Positions 20,678 to 31,600 of a stretch of DNA of 40,881 bases are shown here, in pieces. The position numbers were made by a program, and so were the translations under genes. The DNA comes from Caecitellus pseudoparvulus (lineage: Eukaryota > Protista > Bigyra: Bicosoecida), in the NCBI GenBank assembly GCA_965644315.1, contig CBFFRQ010000150.1:1-40881 (forward strand), given 5' to 3'. The notes beneath the pieces are model-generated. The model saw nothing but the letters and a program-made list of their open reading frames with translations, made no database searches and was not told where the DNA came from. Positions within the stretch are counted from its first letter, which is position 1, and each line of letters begins with the position of its first letter.

Positions 20678-23353
20678 TCAGCGGCGCACACACTTGGCAC
20701 TCGGCGAGCTAAGACCATGTTGCCTTGCTCGCTTCCCCCGCTGGGCAAACTGCTCTTCTTCTCGCTGCACCTTGCTGGCCACTCGCTCGACCTGGCCGAC
20801 AGTGGCGTGAGCAGCGGAGGCGATGCGGGACGCTGCTGTGTTGGGGCTGTACTTGGCAGTCTTGACCTCTTGTGTCTCCCGCTCCTCCCTGAGCAGTCGG
20901 CGAATGTCTTCCTCAACCTCTGGCGTGACGGACGAGCTGGCCTTGTGGTACAGGGGCAGGCCAGAGGCCTTGGCTTCCTCGAACGTGGTCGGGGCAGGCG
21001 CATCCGGGCGGCTCTGCAAGGCTGCTGTCAAGGTACCTCGAGCAAAGCCACCCGCTTCACCAGTCAGTACAGAGCAAACCTCTAGAGTGGCAGCAACGTC
21101 TTGAGACTTGCTGTGTGTCTCTTCCTGGCGGCATTCACCGCTTGCATACATTGACAGCAGCTTGGCAGCAGTGGCCTGGTTCTTCCCCAGCCAGTACAGC
21201 GTGGCGTTCATGTCGACGACGTACAGGCGAGTAGATGTGCCCGCTGACACCATGTGCCGCATGCCTGAGTGCACGCTCACCTTGCCCCCGGTGGTGGTGG
21301 CGCCGTGCACCGCGTCACGTCCATCCAGCAAGCCTTGCAGCCCCACATCGTTCTGCAATGACGCCTTCACCCGAGCGCGAGTGGCGGGGAAGGAGGACTT
21401 GGGATCCAAGATGCCGCGTGTGATGCGGCCTTGCACGGCGGTGCCTGCGCCACCCCGCGACTGAGACGCCCACACCTGGCGGAACAGGCTTGCAGTGCGC
21501 TCCAGTGCCGCCGAGGCCTGCTTGTGAGTGCAGGGCCCAATGTGAAGAGGGAGGATGGGCACCCCGCTCGGGTGTAGCCCAGCCTGAGTTGGCATGAAGT
21601 GCTCCCCTCGGCACCGACGGAGCAGCATGCCTGCTGAAGTGGCACAGGCAGCAGCAAGAGCGAGGGGGACGTGCTTGCGAAGCCTTGCAGTTGCCCTGAC
21701 TGCACGCCCTGGCCCGTACAGAGCCCACCCATAGGCTGCGAGGAATGCCTAGACTCGTGCCTTCTGGGGGTCTGACAGAGTCTTTCGTCGCAAGATGCGG
21801 CGGGCGCAGTTGATGAATGACTGGGTGTCGGCGGGCTCAGCGGAGTCCAAGGCGGCTCGTTGACAAGCAATGGCTTCGACTGGCAGAAGCACCTTTGGAG
21901 ACACCACGCCCAGTGCAGGCGTCCGGATCCACTCCGCTGTGTCAAACCACAGCCTGATCATGAGTGGGCCATCCTGGTGCATGGTTCGCTAGGCAGTAGC
22001 CTTGGCCACGCGGCTGGCAAAGTGCCAAGGGTCCACGGCGAACCGCACCACGCCTTTCCGCAGCAGTGGGAAGTGCACATCGATGATTGCCTGCAGGGCG
22101 TGCTGGTGGGCTTTGAGGTTGTCCACTGTGATGACGCTGGGGTGGGACGCCGCCGGGCCGCGCTCCCGTAGGTGCCCCTTCAGCCTGCGCAGTACTAAGC
22201 CCAGGACCCGGGCCAAGTTTGCCGCGCTTTCGTAGCCCGTGAACATGGGAGGCTGCAGGATGAAGCCGTACCGGCCCACAACCGTGGCTATGCAGGGAGC
22301 CACTCGCCACCGAGTCCTGCGTGTGGCCCGCGTGGCCCGGCCTCCGCTGCCCGCACAGGCTTCCTCCTCTGCACCCTCGTCGCTGTCGCTGTCACTGTCA
22401 CTGAAACTGCCTGCTTTACCATCCGGCCAACCTTCGGGCTCTTCCTCGCCCAGCTCGTGCTGTGGACTCGCAAGTGCAGCTGTGGCCCTTCACAGTGGCT
22501 GCGGGCCCGCGACTTGCACCCGGGCCGAAGATGCAAAGGTCCAGTCCATGCTGATGGTGTCAGTGAAGCGTGCGAGGACCAGCAGGTACCCCTCCAAATG
22601 CGGCTTGACAGCGACATGGTACATGTGCAGGACAGCAGCCCGCAGAGCCTTGCCACTTGTACTGGATCACACGTTGCCCACAACATGCTTTCTGGCTCGG
22701 CGCACGGCTTGGGCCAGTGCATATTGCACCTCAGGGCATTCACCGAGAGAGGCGTGCTTCTTGAACAGCTTCTCTTTGCAGGGGTCCACCTTGTCCTCGA
22801 AGGGCCGCATGAGGTCTCGCCAGAAGGCTTTCTGCACCTTAATCATGCCTTCCCGGCAGTGCATGTCGGAGCACTCCCACAGGCGAAGGGCGTGCACAAT
22901 GTGCACAGTGAAACGTGTCAGAGGGTGTGACATTGTAGTCAACGACATTGGGCGCAGCCTGCGTGTGGGAGGCTGCGCTGGCAGGGGCGTAGTTGACGCC
23001 ATGCCGGGCTGGGCCGTGGAGGAAACTGCCGCTGTGGGGCTGGAGGCAGCTTGGTGGATGGAAAGTCACCCAATCACGCTCCTTTGGGACGCGAGGCTTG
23101 CGCCCTTGCTTCGCAGGTCCTGGCAGTGCTGTGTGGGTGGGTCCTTCTCTTGGCGGTTCTCTTCGTGAGTGTGGCTTTCCTTTGGCTTGGCGTGCAAACT
23201 TGCTGCTGGAGAAGTTCTCGGCATTGTCCTGAGTCGTTGAAAAAGCCTGCCCAGGCGTACCTCTGGTGCATCCCTTCCCTGCATGTCCCCGCTGGCCTGG
23301 CCCTGCTGCAGCTTCACACAAGGCCAAGCCAGGCACACTCTCCGCTTTGCCAC
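20678..23353 (-). pseudogene. Decayed DDE-type transposase (Mutator/Zisupton-like motif order)
   Basis: Track ORFs 23066-23353, 22667-23002, 21989-22303, 21749-21982 and 20678-21628 share one frame, separated by in-frame stops. Motifs ISMDWTF (~22535-22555), VITVDN (~22120-22135) and AVDPWHF (~22020-22040). No TIRs seen. Confidence 0.55.
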
Positions 23354-23722
23354 AACTCAGACCATACCTTGCCATGGGTGACAGAAATGCAGCATGAAAA
23401 CTAAACCACAAGGAAAGTGTTTTGTACACTATCAGTTTGAGCCTGCTTCTCAGCGTACTGCGTCAGGAGGTGGTGCGTGTCGCGCTGGCGGGTCGCATTC
23501 CGTTGCGATTTCCGCACAAATATCTCTGCCGCATTCTTCGCACAAGTACCGATATGGCGGTTGCATCTGCATTTCCACAGGCTTGGCATCATCATCGTTT
23601 ATACCTTCCCTTGCTGCATACCTGTTGCTCTTCTGCGCGACATTTTGGAGCTTCACTCACACGAGCCTGCTTCTACCTGTGGCTCCAACTTCGGCGTCGT
23701 TTGCATCCTGGCGTCACGTATC

Positions 23723-24658
23723 ATGGCAACTTTTGATGATCCGGCACAGCTCAAAACCCAATGGAAAGCCGCTTGTGAAAGAAGTGATGTTTTTCAGCTG
23801 TGGCTTATCTTGGGGCGAGTCAGCGCCCAGTCTTCAGCTTTGGCAGAGAGGCTGGACAGTTCAGACACAACAGATGGGTTTCTAGTCGCTTGCCGATGGG
23901 GGGAGGTGGAGTTGATGCGTGAGCTGCTAGCCCTGGCAGGTGATCTTGCGGTGGATGTGCACGCGCCAGATGGGGGTGGACCTGAGGCCGCCTTCCGAGC
24001 CGCATGCACCAATGGCGACACAGACGTCGTGTGCGAGCTGCTGGCCCTCACTGGAGCGCGGGAAGTGGATGTACATGCAGCGGATCGGGCTGGACCCGAG
24101 GCCGCCTTCCGAGCCGCATGCTGCCTTGGCCGTGCAGACGTCGTGTGTGAGCTGCTGGCCCTCACTGGGGCGCGGGAAGTGGATGTGCACGCGGCGGATC
24201 GGGCTGGACCCGAAGCCGCCTTCCGATTGGCATGCCGTGGTGGCTACAAGGACGTCGTACGAATTTTGTTGGGCCTCACCGGGGCACGGGAAGTGGATGT
24301 GAATGTGTCAGATTGGGCTGGACCTGAGGCCGCCTTCCGACGAGCATGTGAGAGTGGCCACACAGACGTCGTGCGTGAGCTGCTGGCCCTGACTGGGGCG
24401 CGGGAAGTAGATGTGCATGCGGAGTATTTGGGGAAGCCTGATGCCGCTTTTCGGTTGGCATGCAGGAAAGAACATACAGATACCATGCGAGAGCTCCTCG
24501 CCCTCACTGGTGACAGAGCCATCCCACCTCACATCTGGCTCCAAGAAGGGGAGTCTGCCACGCAAGCTGCGCGTGATGCAGTGTGGGCTGGCACCAGCAC
24601 TCGGCGTGGGCGGCGTGCGATGCTCATGCTAAAAACTCGTGGTGCGGGATGTGCGTGA
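23723..24658 (+). CDS. Ankyrin-repeat protein, paralog A (39-aa repeats)
   Basis: Repeats of VDVHA.D..GPEAAFR.AC..G..DVVRELLALTG. ATG 23723 chosen by alignment of the W..AC...D N-cap with paralogs B and C. Confidence 0.88.
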   Translation: MATFDDPAQLKTQWKAACERSDVFQLWLILGRVSAQSSALAERLDSSDTTDGFLVACRWGEVELMRELLALAGDLAVDVHAPDGGGPEAAFRAACTNGDTDVVCELLALTGAREVDVHAADRAGPEAAFRAACCLGRADVVCELLALTGAREVDVHAADRAGPEAAFRLACRGGYKDVVRILLGLTGAREVDVNVSDWAGPEAAFRRACESGHTDVVRELLALTGAREVDVHAEYLGKPDAAFRLACRKEHTDTMRELLALTGDRAIPPHIWLQEGESATQAARDAVWAGTSTRRGRRAMLMLKTRGAGCA

Positions 24659-25465
24659 GGAACGGTCCCAATGCAGTCACCAATTGCGACAGCGCTTTTT
24701 CCTCTCGCACACCCTCCAACTCCCCAGGCGCCCAGCCAGAATCCTGCATTGCAGAACAGCACCAACTTTCAGCGCTTGAACGGCATTCAAGACATAACTA
24801 TGCCCACTGCTTGGAATGTGGTGTCATTTTGTCTTTTAAGGCACGCAAGTCATGTGCATCTCGCACATTTCGTCGCTGCCAAACACTCCCAAGCGGCTGG
24901 GAACGTTACAGAGACGTGCATCCTGCAAGGCAGCATCAGCACCTTTCTCTGTAGCAGCACAGCACACTAACACAGATCCACACCTTCCGGTTGAGAGGTG
25001 CAGTCAATGAAGGTGGCAACGCGTCGCCGATCTCCGCGACGCCACGAAACACCCTCCAGACGAGCTCGCCCCTTCCCGCCCTTAACAACGCTCGCAGCCT
25101 CGCCCTACCCGCTGTCTATCACACTGCAAAGTGGCAGTCGGGCGTTGAATCCCGTGGCAAGGTGTGGCAAGGTCAGGGGTACCGGCACAGCAGCTGGTGT
25201 GGCCTTGCAACCACGCAGTTGCCCCCAGCACCGCCGTCCCACTGCCTGACATGCGCTCACAACCTTAGCTGTGTGCAGCATGGTTGGCTTGGGTGTGAAG
25301 TGCCACCACCTCAGTGAGGGGAGAAAGCGTATGCTTTGAAGGTAGTGCTGTGTCTGCAAAGGCACCCTGCTTGGAAGTCACAAGTTAGCGTAGGGACCTG
25401 TTTCCCGCACCGTAGGGATCCAGGCAAGCCTCACGACTGACCCCATGCTTCTGACTTTTCGACAA

Positions 25466-26602
25466 TTATGCAGTACTATTCGCTGCTCTGAACAGCAGCA
25501 GTGTCCTGCGCCCGTTGCGAGTGCTTGTACCGTCCCAGACCGCGTCCTTTGCCGCCTGAAGGGCTTCCCTTGCGATCTTGCGCCTGGCTCGACTTGGCAC
25601 AGCACGGATGCCAGTCAGGGCAAACAGCTCTCGGAGCACAGCAATTTGGCGGCGCCTGTGCGCTTCACAAAAGGCAGCGTCGGGTCCTTTCTCGTCTCTT
25701 GCGCGTACATCAACGGCTCTTTCGCCCGACAGGCTCAACAGCTCGCGCACCACGTCCACCTGGCCAGCCGCACAGGCAACGCGAAAGGAGGCCTCAGTCC
25801 CCCGCCTGTCCTTGGCGTGCACGTCAACCTTTCGGCCACCGTTGAGCGCGAGAAGGATCTTCACAACGTTCAAGTGGCCGCCTTGACATGCCAGCCGGAA
25901 GCTGGACTCCAGCCCCTGGTGGTCGGCAGCGTTCACGGCCACTTCCCTGGGCGCTGACAGGGACAGCAGCTCGCGCACAACGCAAGCATGCCCACATTGG
26001 CAAGCCAATCGAAAGCCTGCATCACTGCCCATGTTGTCATTTGCCCGCACATTCACCCTGCGGCTTCCAGTCAGCGCAAGCAACTCACGCACGATTGGGA
26101 CGTGGCCGCCAGCGCAAGCCCACCTGAAGCCAGCCTCTGGACCAGCGTTATCACCTGCGTGCACATCGACCGCAGCATCTCCAGTCAAAGCCAGGAGTTC
26201 TCGCACAACTCCAAGGTGGCCATTGGCACAGGCCAGCTGAAAGGCAAGCTCACTCCTCGCGTGGACATCAACACGCCGAGCTCCTCCCAGCGCCAACAGC
26301 TCACGCACAATCTCCACGTGGCCCTGCAAGCACGCCTCTCGAAAGCCAGCCTCTGGTCCACCCCTGTCGCCAACGTGCACATCCACTTCTTGGCTTCCTG
26401 ACAGTGCAAGCAGCTCACGGAGCAAAGGAAGGTTGCCTTTCCGACACGCCAAGATGAAGCTCTCATTCGTCTCTTCGCTTGTCAGCCCTTCCACAAACGA
26501 CACAGCTTGCTGACAAGTCCCTCTTATGATTTCTAGCATGAGCTCATCATCGCTTGTGCAGCAAGCATCGCTCCAAAGCGTGGGTGCGTCTGCAAAGTCC
26601 AT
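25466..26602 (-). CDS. Ankyrin-repeat protein, paralog B
   Basis: Same repeat as A, same N-cap (LWSDACC) and same C-terminal DAVW.GTSTR.GRR motif. Confidence 0.88.
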   Translation of the reverse strand: MDFADAPTLWSDACCTSDDELMLEIIRGTCQQAVSFVEGLTSEETNESFILACRKGNLPLLRELLALSGSQEVDVHVGDRGGPEAGFREACLQGHVEIVRELLALGGARRVDVHARSELAFQLACANGHLGVVRELLALTGDAAVDVHAGDNAGPEAGFRWACAGGHVPIVRELLALTGSRRVNVRANDNMGSDAGFRLACQCGHACVVRELLSLSAPREVAVNAADHQGLESSFRLACQGGHLNVVKILLALNGGRKVDVHAKDRRGTEASFRVACAAGQVDVVRELLSLSGERAVDVRARDEKGPDAAFCEAHRRRQIAVLRELFALTGIRAVPSRARRKIAREALQAAKDAVWDGTSTRNGRRTLLLFRAANSTA

Positions 26603-26982
26603 ATCGTGCGATTTGGCGTGGTGGGTCAGATTCCGCACCGATGCCTTCTTCACCGTGTTAGGCTGACGCAGCTTGGAAAGTGCCGGGTAGGCCCCACAGT
26701 AAATTGAACTGTTCTGTGCAATTGATCTGATCCAGTGCGTTCCCGTTTGGTCTACGTTTGATCGAGGGCGAAGTCGAGGAAGGTGTGATGGGGCGTGGCC
26801 TGCGCTTCGCAGACTTTCAACAACAGCAACTCTGGTATCCCCACAAATTTCAACGAGAAGATACGCACCCTACTCACTTGGCCAGTCTTGTTTTAATTTC
26901 ACCGTGCAGTAAGGCCTGACAATTGCCACGCAGGGCCCCTGCCTCGGCAGCAGCGGAAATTGAACCACATTGTGCTCTCTAC

Positions 26983-28410
26983 ATGGCAGGTTTGGAAGCC
27001 ACAGCACAGCCCGCAGCCCAGTGGAGAGCAGCTTGTAAGCAAAGCGATGTAGACAAACTGTGGAGCATCCTGCAGCAAGTTAGCTCCCAGCCCCCACCCA
27101 TATTTGGGGCGGTGGCTTGCGCAGAAACAACAGCTGGCTTTCAGGTTGCATGCAAAGTGGGGCATTTGGAGCTGATGCGAGGCCTGCTGGCACTGACAGG
27201 TGCTCTGAAGGTTGATGTGCATGTAGCAGACAGGTATGGACCTGAATCTGCCTTCCGGGCCGCATGCAACAGGGGCCACCTTGGCAGTGTACGTGAGCTG
27301 CTCGCCCTCACTGGAGAGGACGCCGTGGATGTGCATGCAGATGATGGGCAAGGAGCTGAGGCCGCCTTCCGCGGAGCATGTATTGGCGGCAAGGTAAACA
27401 TTGTGCGTGAGCTGTTGGGCCTGACTGGGGCCAGGGCAGTGGATGTGCACGCAGGTGATGGGAGCGGGCCGGAGGCTGCTTTTCGATGGGCATGCGCCAA
27501 TGGCCACGTAGACATCGTGCGTGAGCTGCTTGCCATTGAAGGGGTTCGGGAAGTGGACGTACATGCAGAGGATGGCGAAGGTCCAGAGGCTGCCTTCCGC
27601 TGGGCGTGCGCAGAGGGTCACACGGAAATCGTGCATGAGCTGCTCGGTTTGAGCGGGCACAGAGAAGTGGATGTGCACGCAGCAGATTGGGATGGGCCTG
27701 AGGCTGCTTTTCGAGGTGCATGTGCCGAAGGCCATGTGGACATTGTGCGAGAGCTGCTGACTCTTCCCGGACACCGCCAGGTTGATGTGCACGCGGCGGG
27801 TTCGAGCGGGCGTGAGGAAGGGCTTCGGACAGCATGCGACCGCGGCCATACAGGCATCGTGCGCGAGTTGCTGCGGCTCTCTGGAGCCCGAACGGCGAAT
27901 GCGCGCGCGCCAGATCAAGATGGACCCGAGGCAGCCTTCCGGCTGGCGTGCTCAAGCGGTCATGTGGACATTGTGCGGCAGCTACTGGGCCTATACGGGC
28001 AGCAGGCTGTGGACGTCCATGCAGCCGATCGTCGGGGGTCAGAGGCCGCCTTTCGAGGTGCATGTGGCAACGGCCACCTTGACGTTGTATGTGCTCTCCT
28101 TGCTCTCACTGGAAACCGAGAAGTGGATGTTCATGCAGCCGATGGGCGCGGCGCTGACGCCGCTTTCCGGTGCGCGTTTCGCCACAGGCACGAACATGTC
28201 ATGCGTGAACTTCTCGCCTTGACTGGTACCCGTTACATCCCACCTTGTGCAAGGCAGCAAGCAGGACAGTCTGCAGTGCGCATTGCACGCGATGCAGTGT
28301 GGGCTGGCACCAGCACTCGGCACGGGAGGCGACCGATGCTCATGCGAAGGCTTCAGGGTGCGAAGTCAGCGAAGGCAGCCTCCCTGCGCTCCTCTACACC
28401 GCCATGGTAG
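26983..28410 (+). CDS. Ankyrin-repeat protein, paralog C
   Basis: About 10 repeats; N-cap QWRAACKQSD; C-terminal DAVWAGTSTRHGRRPMLM. Confidence 0.9.
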   Translation: MAGLEATAQPAAQWRAACKQSDVDKLWSILQQVSSQPPPIFGAVACAETTAGFQVACKVGHLELMRGLLALTGALKVDVHVADRYGPESAFRAACNRGHLGSVRELLALTGEDAVDVHADDGQGAEAAFRGACIGGKVNIVRELLGLTGARAVDVHAGDGSGPEAAFRWACANGHVDIVRELLAIEGVREVDVHAEDGEGPEAAFRWACAEGHTEIVHELLGLSGHREVDVHAADWDGPEAAFRGACAEGHVDIVRELLTLPGHRQVDVHAAGSSGREEGLRTACDRGHTGIVRELLRLSGARTANARAPDQDGPEAAFRLACSSGHVDIVRQLLGLYGQQAVDVHAADRRGSEAAFRGACGNGHLDVVCALLALTGNREVDVHAADGRGADAAFRCAFRHRHEHVMRELLALTGTRYIPPCARQQAGQSAVRIARDAVWAGTSTRHGRRPMLMRRLQGAKSAKAASLRSSTPPW

Positions 28411-28664
28411 TTGAGATGACAGCTAACCTTTGACGAAAGGTAGGTGCCTGCTCCACAAGCCCAAACGAGCGCCGATCCTTCACTGAACCTGAAAGCAACA
28501 TTCATGAGATTTTCTGGAGAGCGGCTACCTGCCGAGTTGCAACTCGGCGCCCTTGACCCCCCCCCAGAAATTCTCATGACTGTACTGCGAAGTCATGGCG
28601 CAACAATGCCACCGAGACACAGTGAAGTATGCGCCCGATGGTGAAGTGGGGACCATTTGCCCAC

Positions 28665-31600
28665 CTACAGGAATTGCCGCAACAGATTGCTGGCGGCGTC
28701 GACGCCCGCCAGTACCCGTGTCCAGTGAGCCTGGGTCACAGGAAGCACTGGCACGCTGTGCAGCCCGCTGGCGAGCACGCGTCCAGCGACTGCCAGAGGG
28801 GCACTCACTCCCTCATCGACTCCAAGAATCACCACCCGTGCGCCCGTGTTCACTAGGGCTGCTTGCAGGAGCAGTGCCACCTGCTCTATGTTCTGGCCAG
28901 GGCATTGGGCCAACAAGTCAGGCCAAGACAGGGCGACAATGGCACCACTTCCACAACATGCACATAGGGGCGAAGCAGGAGATGACTGTGGCCCGCTTGC
29001 GCTGCTGGATGGGCAGTGGAGTCCGGCTGACGTCAGCACCTGCCTCAATGAGTGCGGGGATGGCTGTTTGGCACTTCCTCTGCTGTGCCCGGTTGCACCA
29101 CGATTATGGTCCAGACTTTCAAGCTCCCGTGCGCCGACAGTGTGTACTGGTACGCCAAGCAATTTGGTTCCTGTTCTGCCAACTACCAAGGGAGACATTG
29201 GACGCCGTCCCTTCCTGCGATGAGTCTCAGATTCCATCATGCTCTGCGACGCGAAGTCTTCCAGAGATGTAGGCAGAAGAAGCAGTGAAACGTGAGACCC
29301 ATTTGCAGCGTTTGTGCCGCTACCGCAAACGAAAACAAAGGACCCTGCGTCCGCAGCCTGTTGCTGCTTTGCATGACACGTGTTAACCAGGCAGCAAGCT
29401 CCGTCATGCCCAGGCACTTCTTCAACATTCGCGACAGCGCTCTTTGCTGGGTTGATACAAGGGGTGCGACCCAGCACTGCCGAGCTTAACAGCACTACCG
29501 CAGCTAACACGAATACGACAACAACGGTGCAGTTTGACTTTCGATCACGTTCACAGCGAAAGCAATTGAGCCGCACAGAAGAGGGGTCACACCCTGTGCT
29601 TTGCGCACTCACAGGTCTTCCAACCACGCAGGTTGCCTGAGCGCAACCAATATGCACACGCCGATGCTGACCGCGGCAGCGGCCGCTGAGTGAGCTTCCC
29701 CAATACCCTCTCACAACAACAAGGTAGGCAATACACGCCATGAGTACACACATCAAGACCCACAGCGCTGGTGTGGCACCCCATTTGGGACTACAAACGT
29801 CCAAGAAGAGTCCACGGTGGTGGAGCCTCCTGTCCGCCTTTGCCCATCGGCGTTCGACAACAGACATGTCTGCGCATCCGTCACACACTGTGGTATCAAT
29901 CTGAACGGGAAAGTGCATGCTCCACCCAAGCAGGCCATTGCCCAGGCCAAGAAAACCATGGTGCGCTGCCGCCGTGTGTGGCTCCGCAGCCGCGCCACTT
30001 GGCCACCATGCGGACGGCACAGTGCCGGCTTGCAGCTTCCACCGAGGCTGAAGCACGGCAAAGACGCTGGCACTGTTAATGCGGTTATGGACACATGGCT
30101 GCGGCGACAGCCAACCTGCCTGGCCCCCACGCTCACAGTCTCGCCACGCCTGCCACCCAGCTACCAAGGAGGAGTTGGTGACTGCTGGCAACGTTAACGG
30201 CGCTTCTAGATGAGGAAGCGTGGCTTCAAAATCAGGCTGCTGCAAGACTCCAGCATGACGAATCACTCTTTGAACAAGTGCTGCCAGTGCTGCCTCGCCC
30301 GCCTTGGCAGTTTTTGCTTCAGGGTCTTGGCGCAATAAGTCCCCTGCCCACCCAAGTGACGCCAGTGCGCCTACCACCCCTCCAAAGCCAGTGTCCAACA
30401 GCTGCACAGCACCAAGACTCTGCGCTGTGTTGTGCCTGCTAGGGGGCGGCCCATGCCTAATTGCGCAGCCCAGCAGCGCCTCACGTTGCTTGCGAGACAC
30501 ACTTGGCAACGGCCCGTCTGTCTCCCAGGAAGCGCCGCAAGTGCCGCTGATAAGCGCACTGCTCGCCAAAGCAGCCACTGTCTCAGCAGAACCAGCATTC
30601 TCTGCCAGAATATCACACGCAGGAATAAACTCAGCGGCACCGGGTTCGGCGCAGGCAGCCTGTAGTTGAAGCAGCGCCACGCCCAGCAGAGAAGCACCAG
30701 CAGGCAAGTCCAGACTGGCGTTTGAGACGGTGGCGACTGGGAGGGACAGCTCATCTAACGCCGCAGCAGAGAGCATGATCGGGGAGCACTGAGAGACACC
30801 TGCAGAGCGCGGCTCGTATCGCAGTCCAAGCAAGCGCACCACATCTCGCTGGGGCCCGCACATTGGGGCTGCACCTGTCAGGCTTGGCAGAGTGAAGTCT
30901 GCGGTGCCGCCTTGCTCTGGATCATGCTCTGCCTGCTGAGCCGGCGCGAACCAGGCCCCTGTTGACGGCTGCTTCCATGGTGATGCAGCAGCAATTTCTC
31001 GATGCCACGCAGCATGGGCTGCACCCGGGCGCCCTTCCCACGCCCCCAGCACCGCAGAGCGTGGGTGCACACGCGGCAGGCCGCCTTCCGCGGGGCAAGG
31101 CTGTTGAACAAGCTCCAGTCGCGGATGGGCGTACCAGCCAGCAGCAGCTGCTGCAGGAACGCCTTTGGCGGGCACTGCGTGCGTCACGCCATCTTGCTGC
31201 ACCATGCGCCTCAGGCGGGGGCTGCCGTCCGGAGCAGAGTCCCACACCACACTGCGGTAAATGCCATTGCCACCCAAGTACAGCACACTCCCACCCAGGC
31301 GTTGATAGTGTGCCAGTGCGTCGTACATCGGCGCACTCCAATATTCTGGGTGCGCTAGCAGCAGAATCACGCGGTATCGAGCCAGCAACCAGGGCCCCTC
31401 AGTGTGCACGTCATAGTCTGTGATGTAGTCCGTGTTGCTTGGCTGCAGCACACCTGTTCGCGACCACAGCAAATGAGCAAGACCCACCTCTTGAGCTATG
31501 CCGTGCCCCCATGTATGCAGTGCGCGGAACTGACTTGTGCGAAATCTTTCCAGAGCAGCATTCACTGCATCCAGGCATGGTGGGGGGGGTGCACTGCCTC

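Noticed and set aside
20528-23450. Terminal inverted repeats or TSD around the transposase relic
   Set aside because: None found by eye.
23477-23722. N-terminal extension of the ankyrin ORF A from the track (similarly for B and C)
   Set aside because: These use non-ATG starts; the paralogs align only from ATG 23723, 26602 and 26983.
23981-24214. CRISPR-like or diversity-generating-retroelement repeats
   Set aside because: These are in-frame 117-bp ankyrin coding units; differences are not adenine-specific and there is no repeat-spacer structure.
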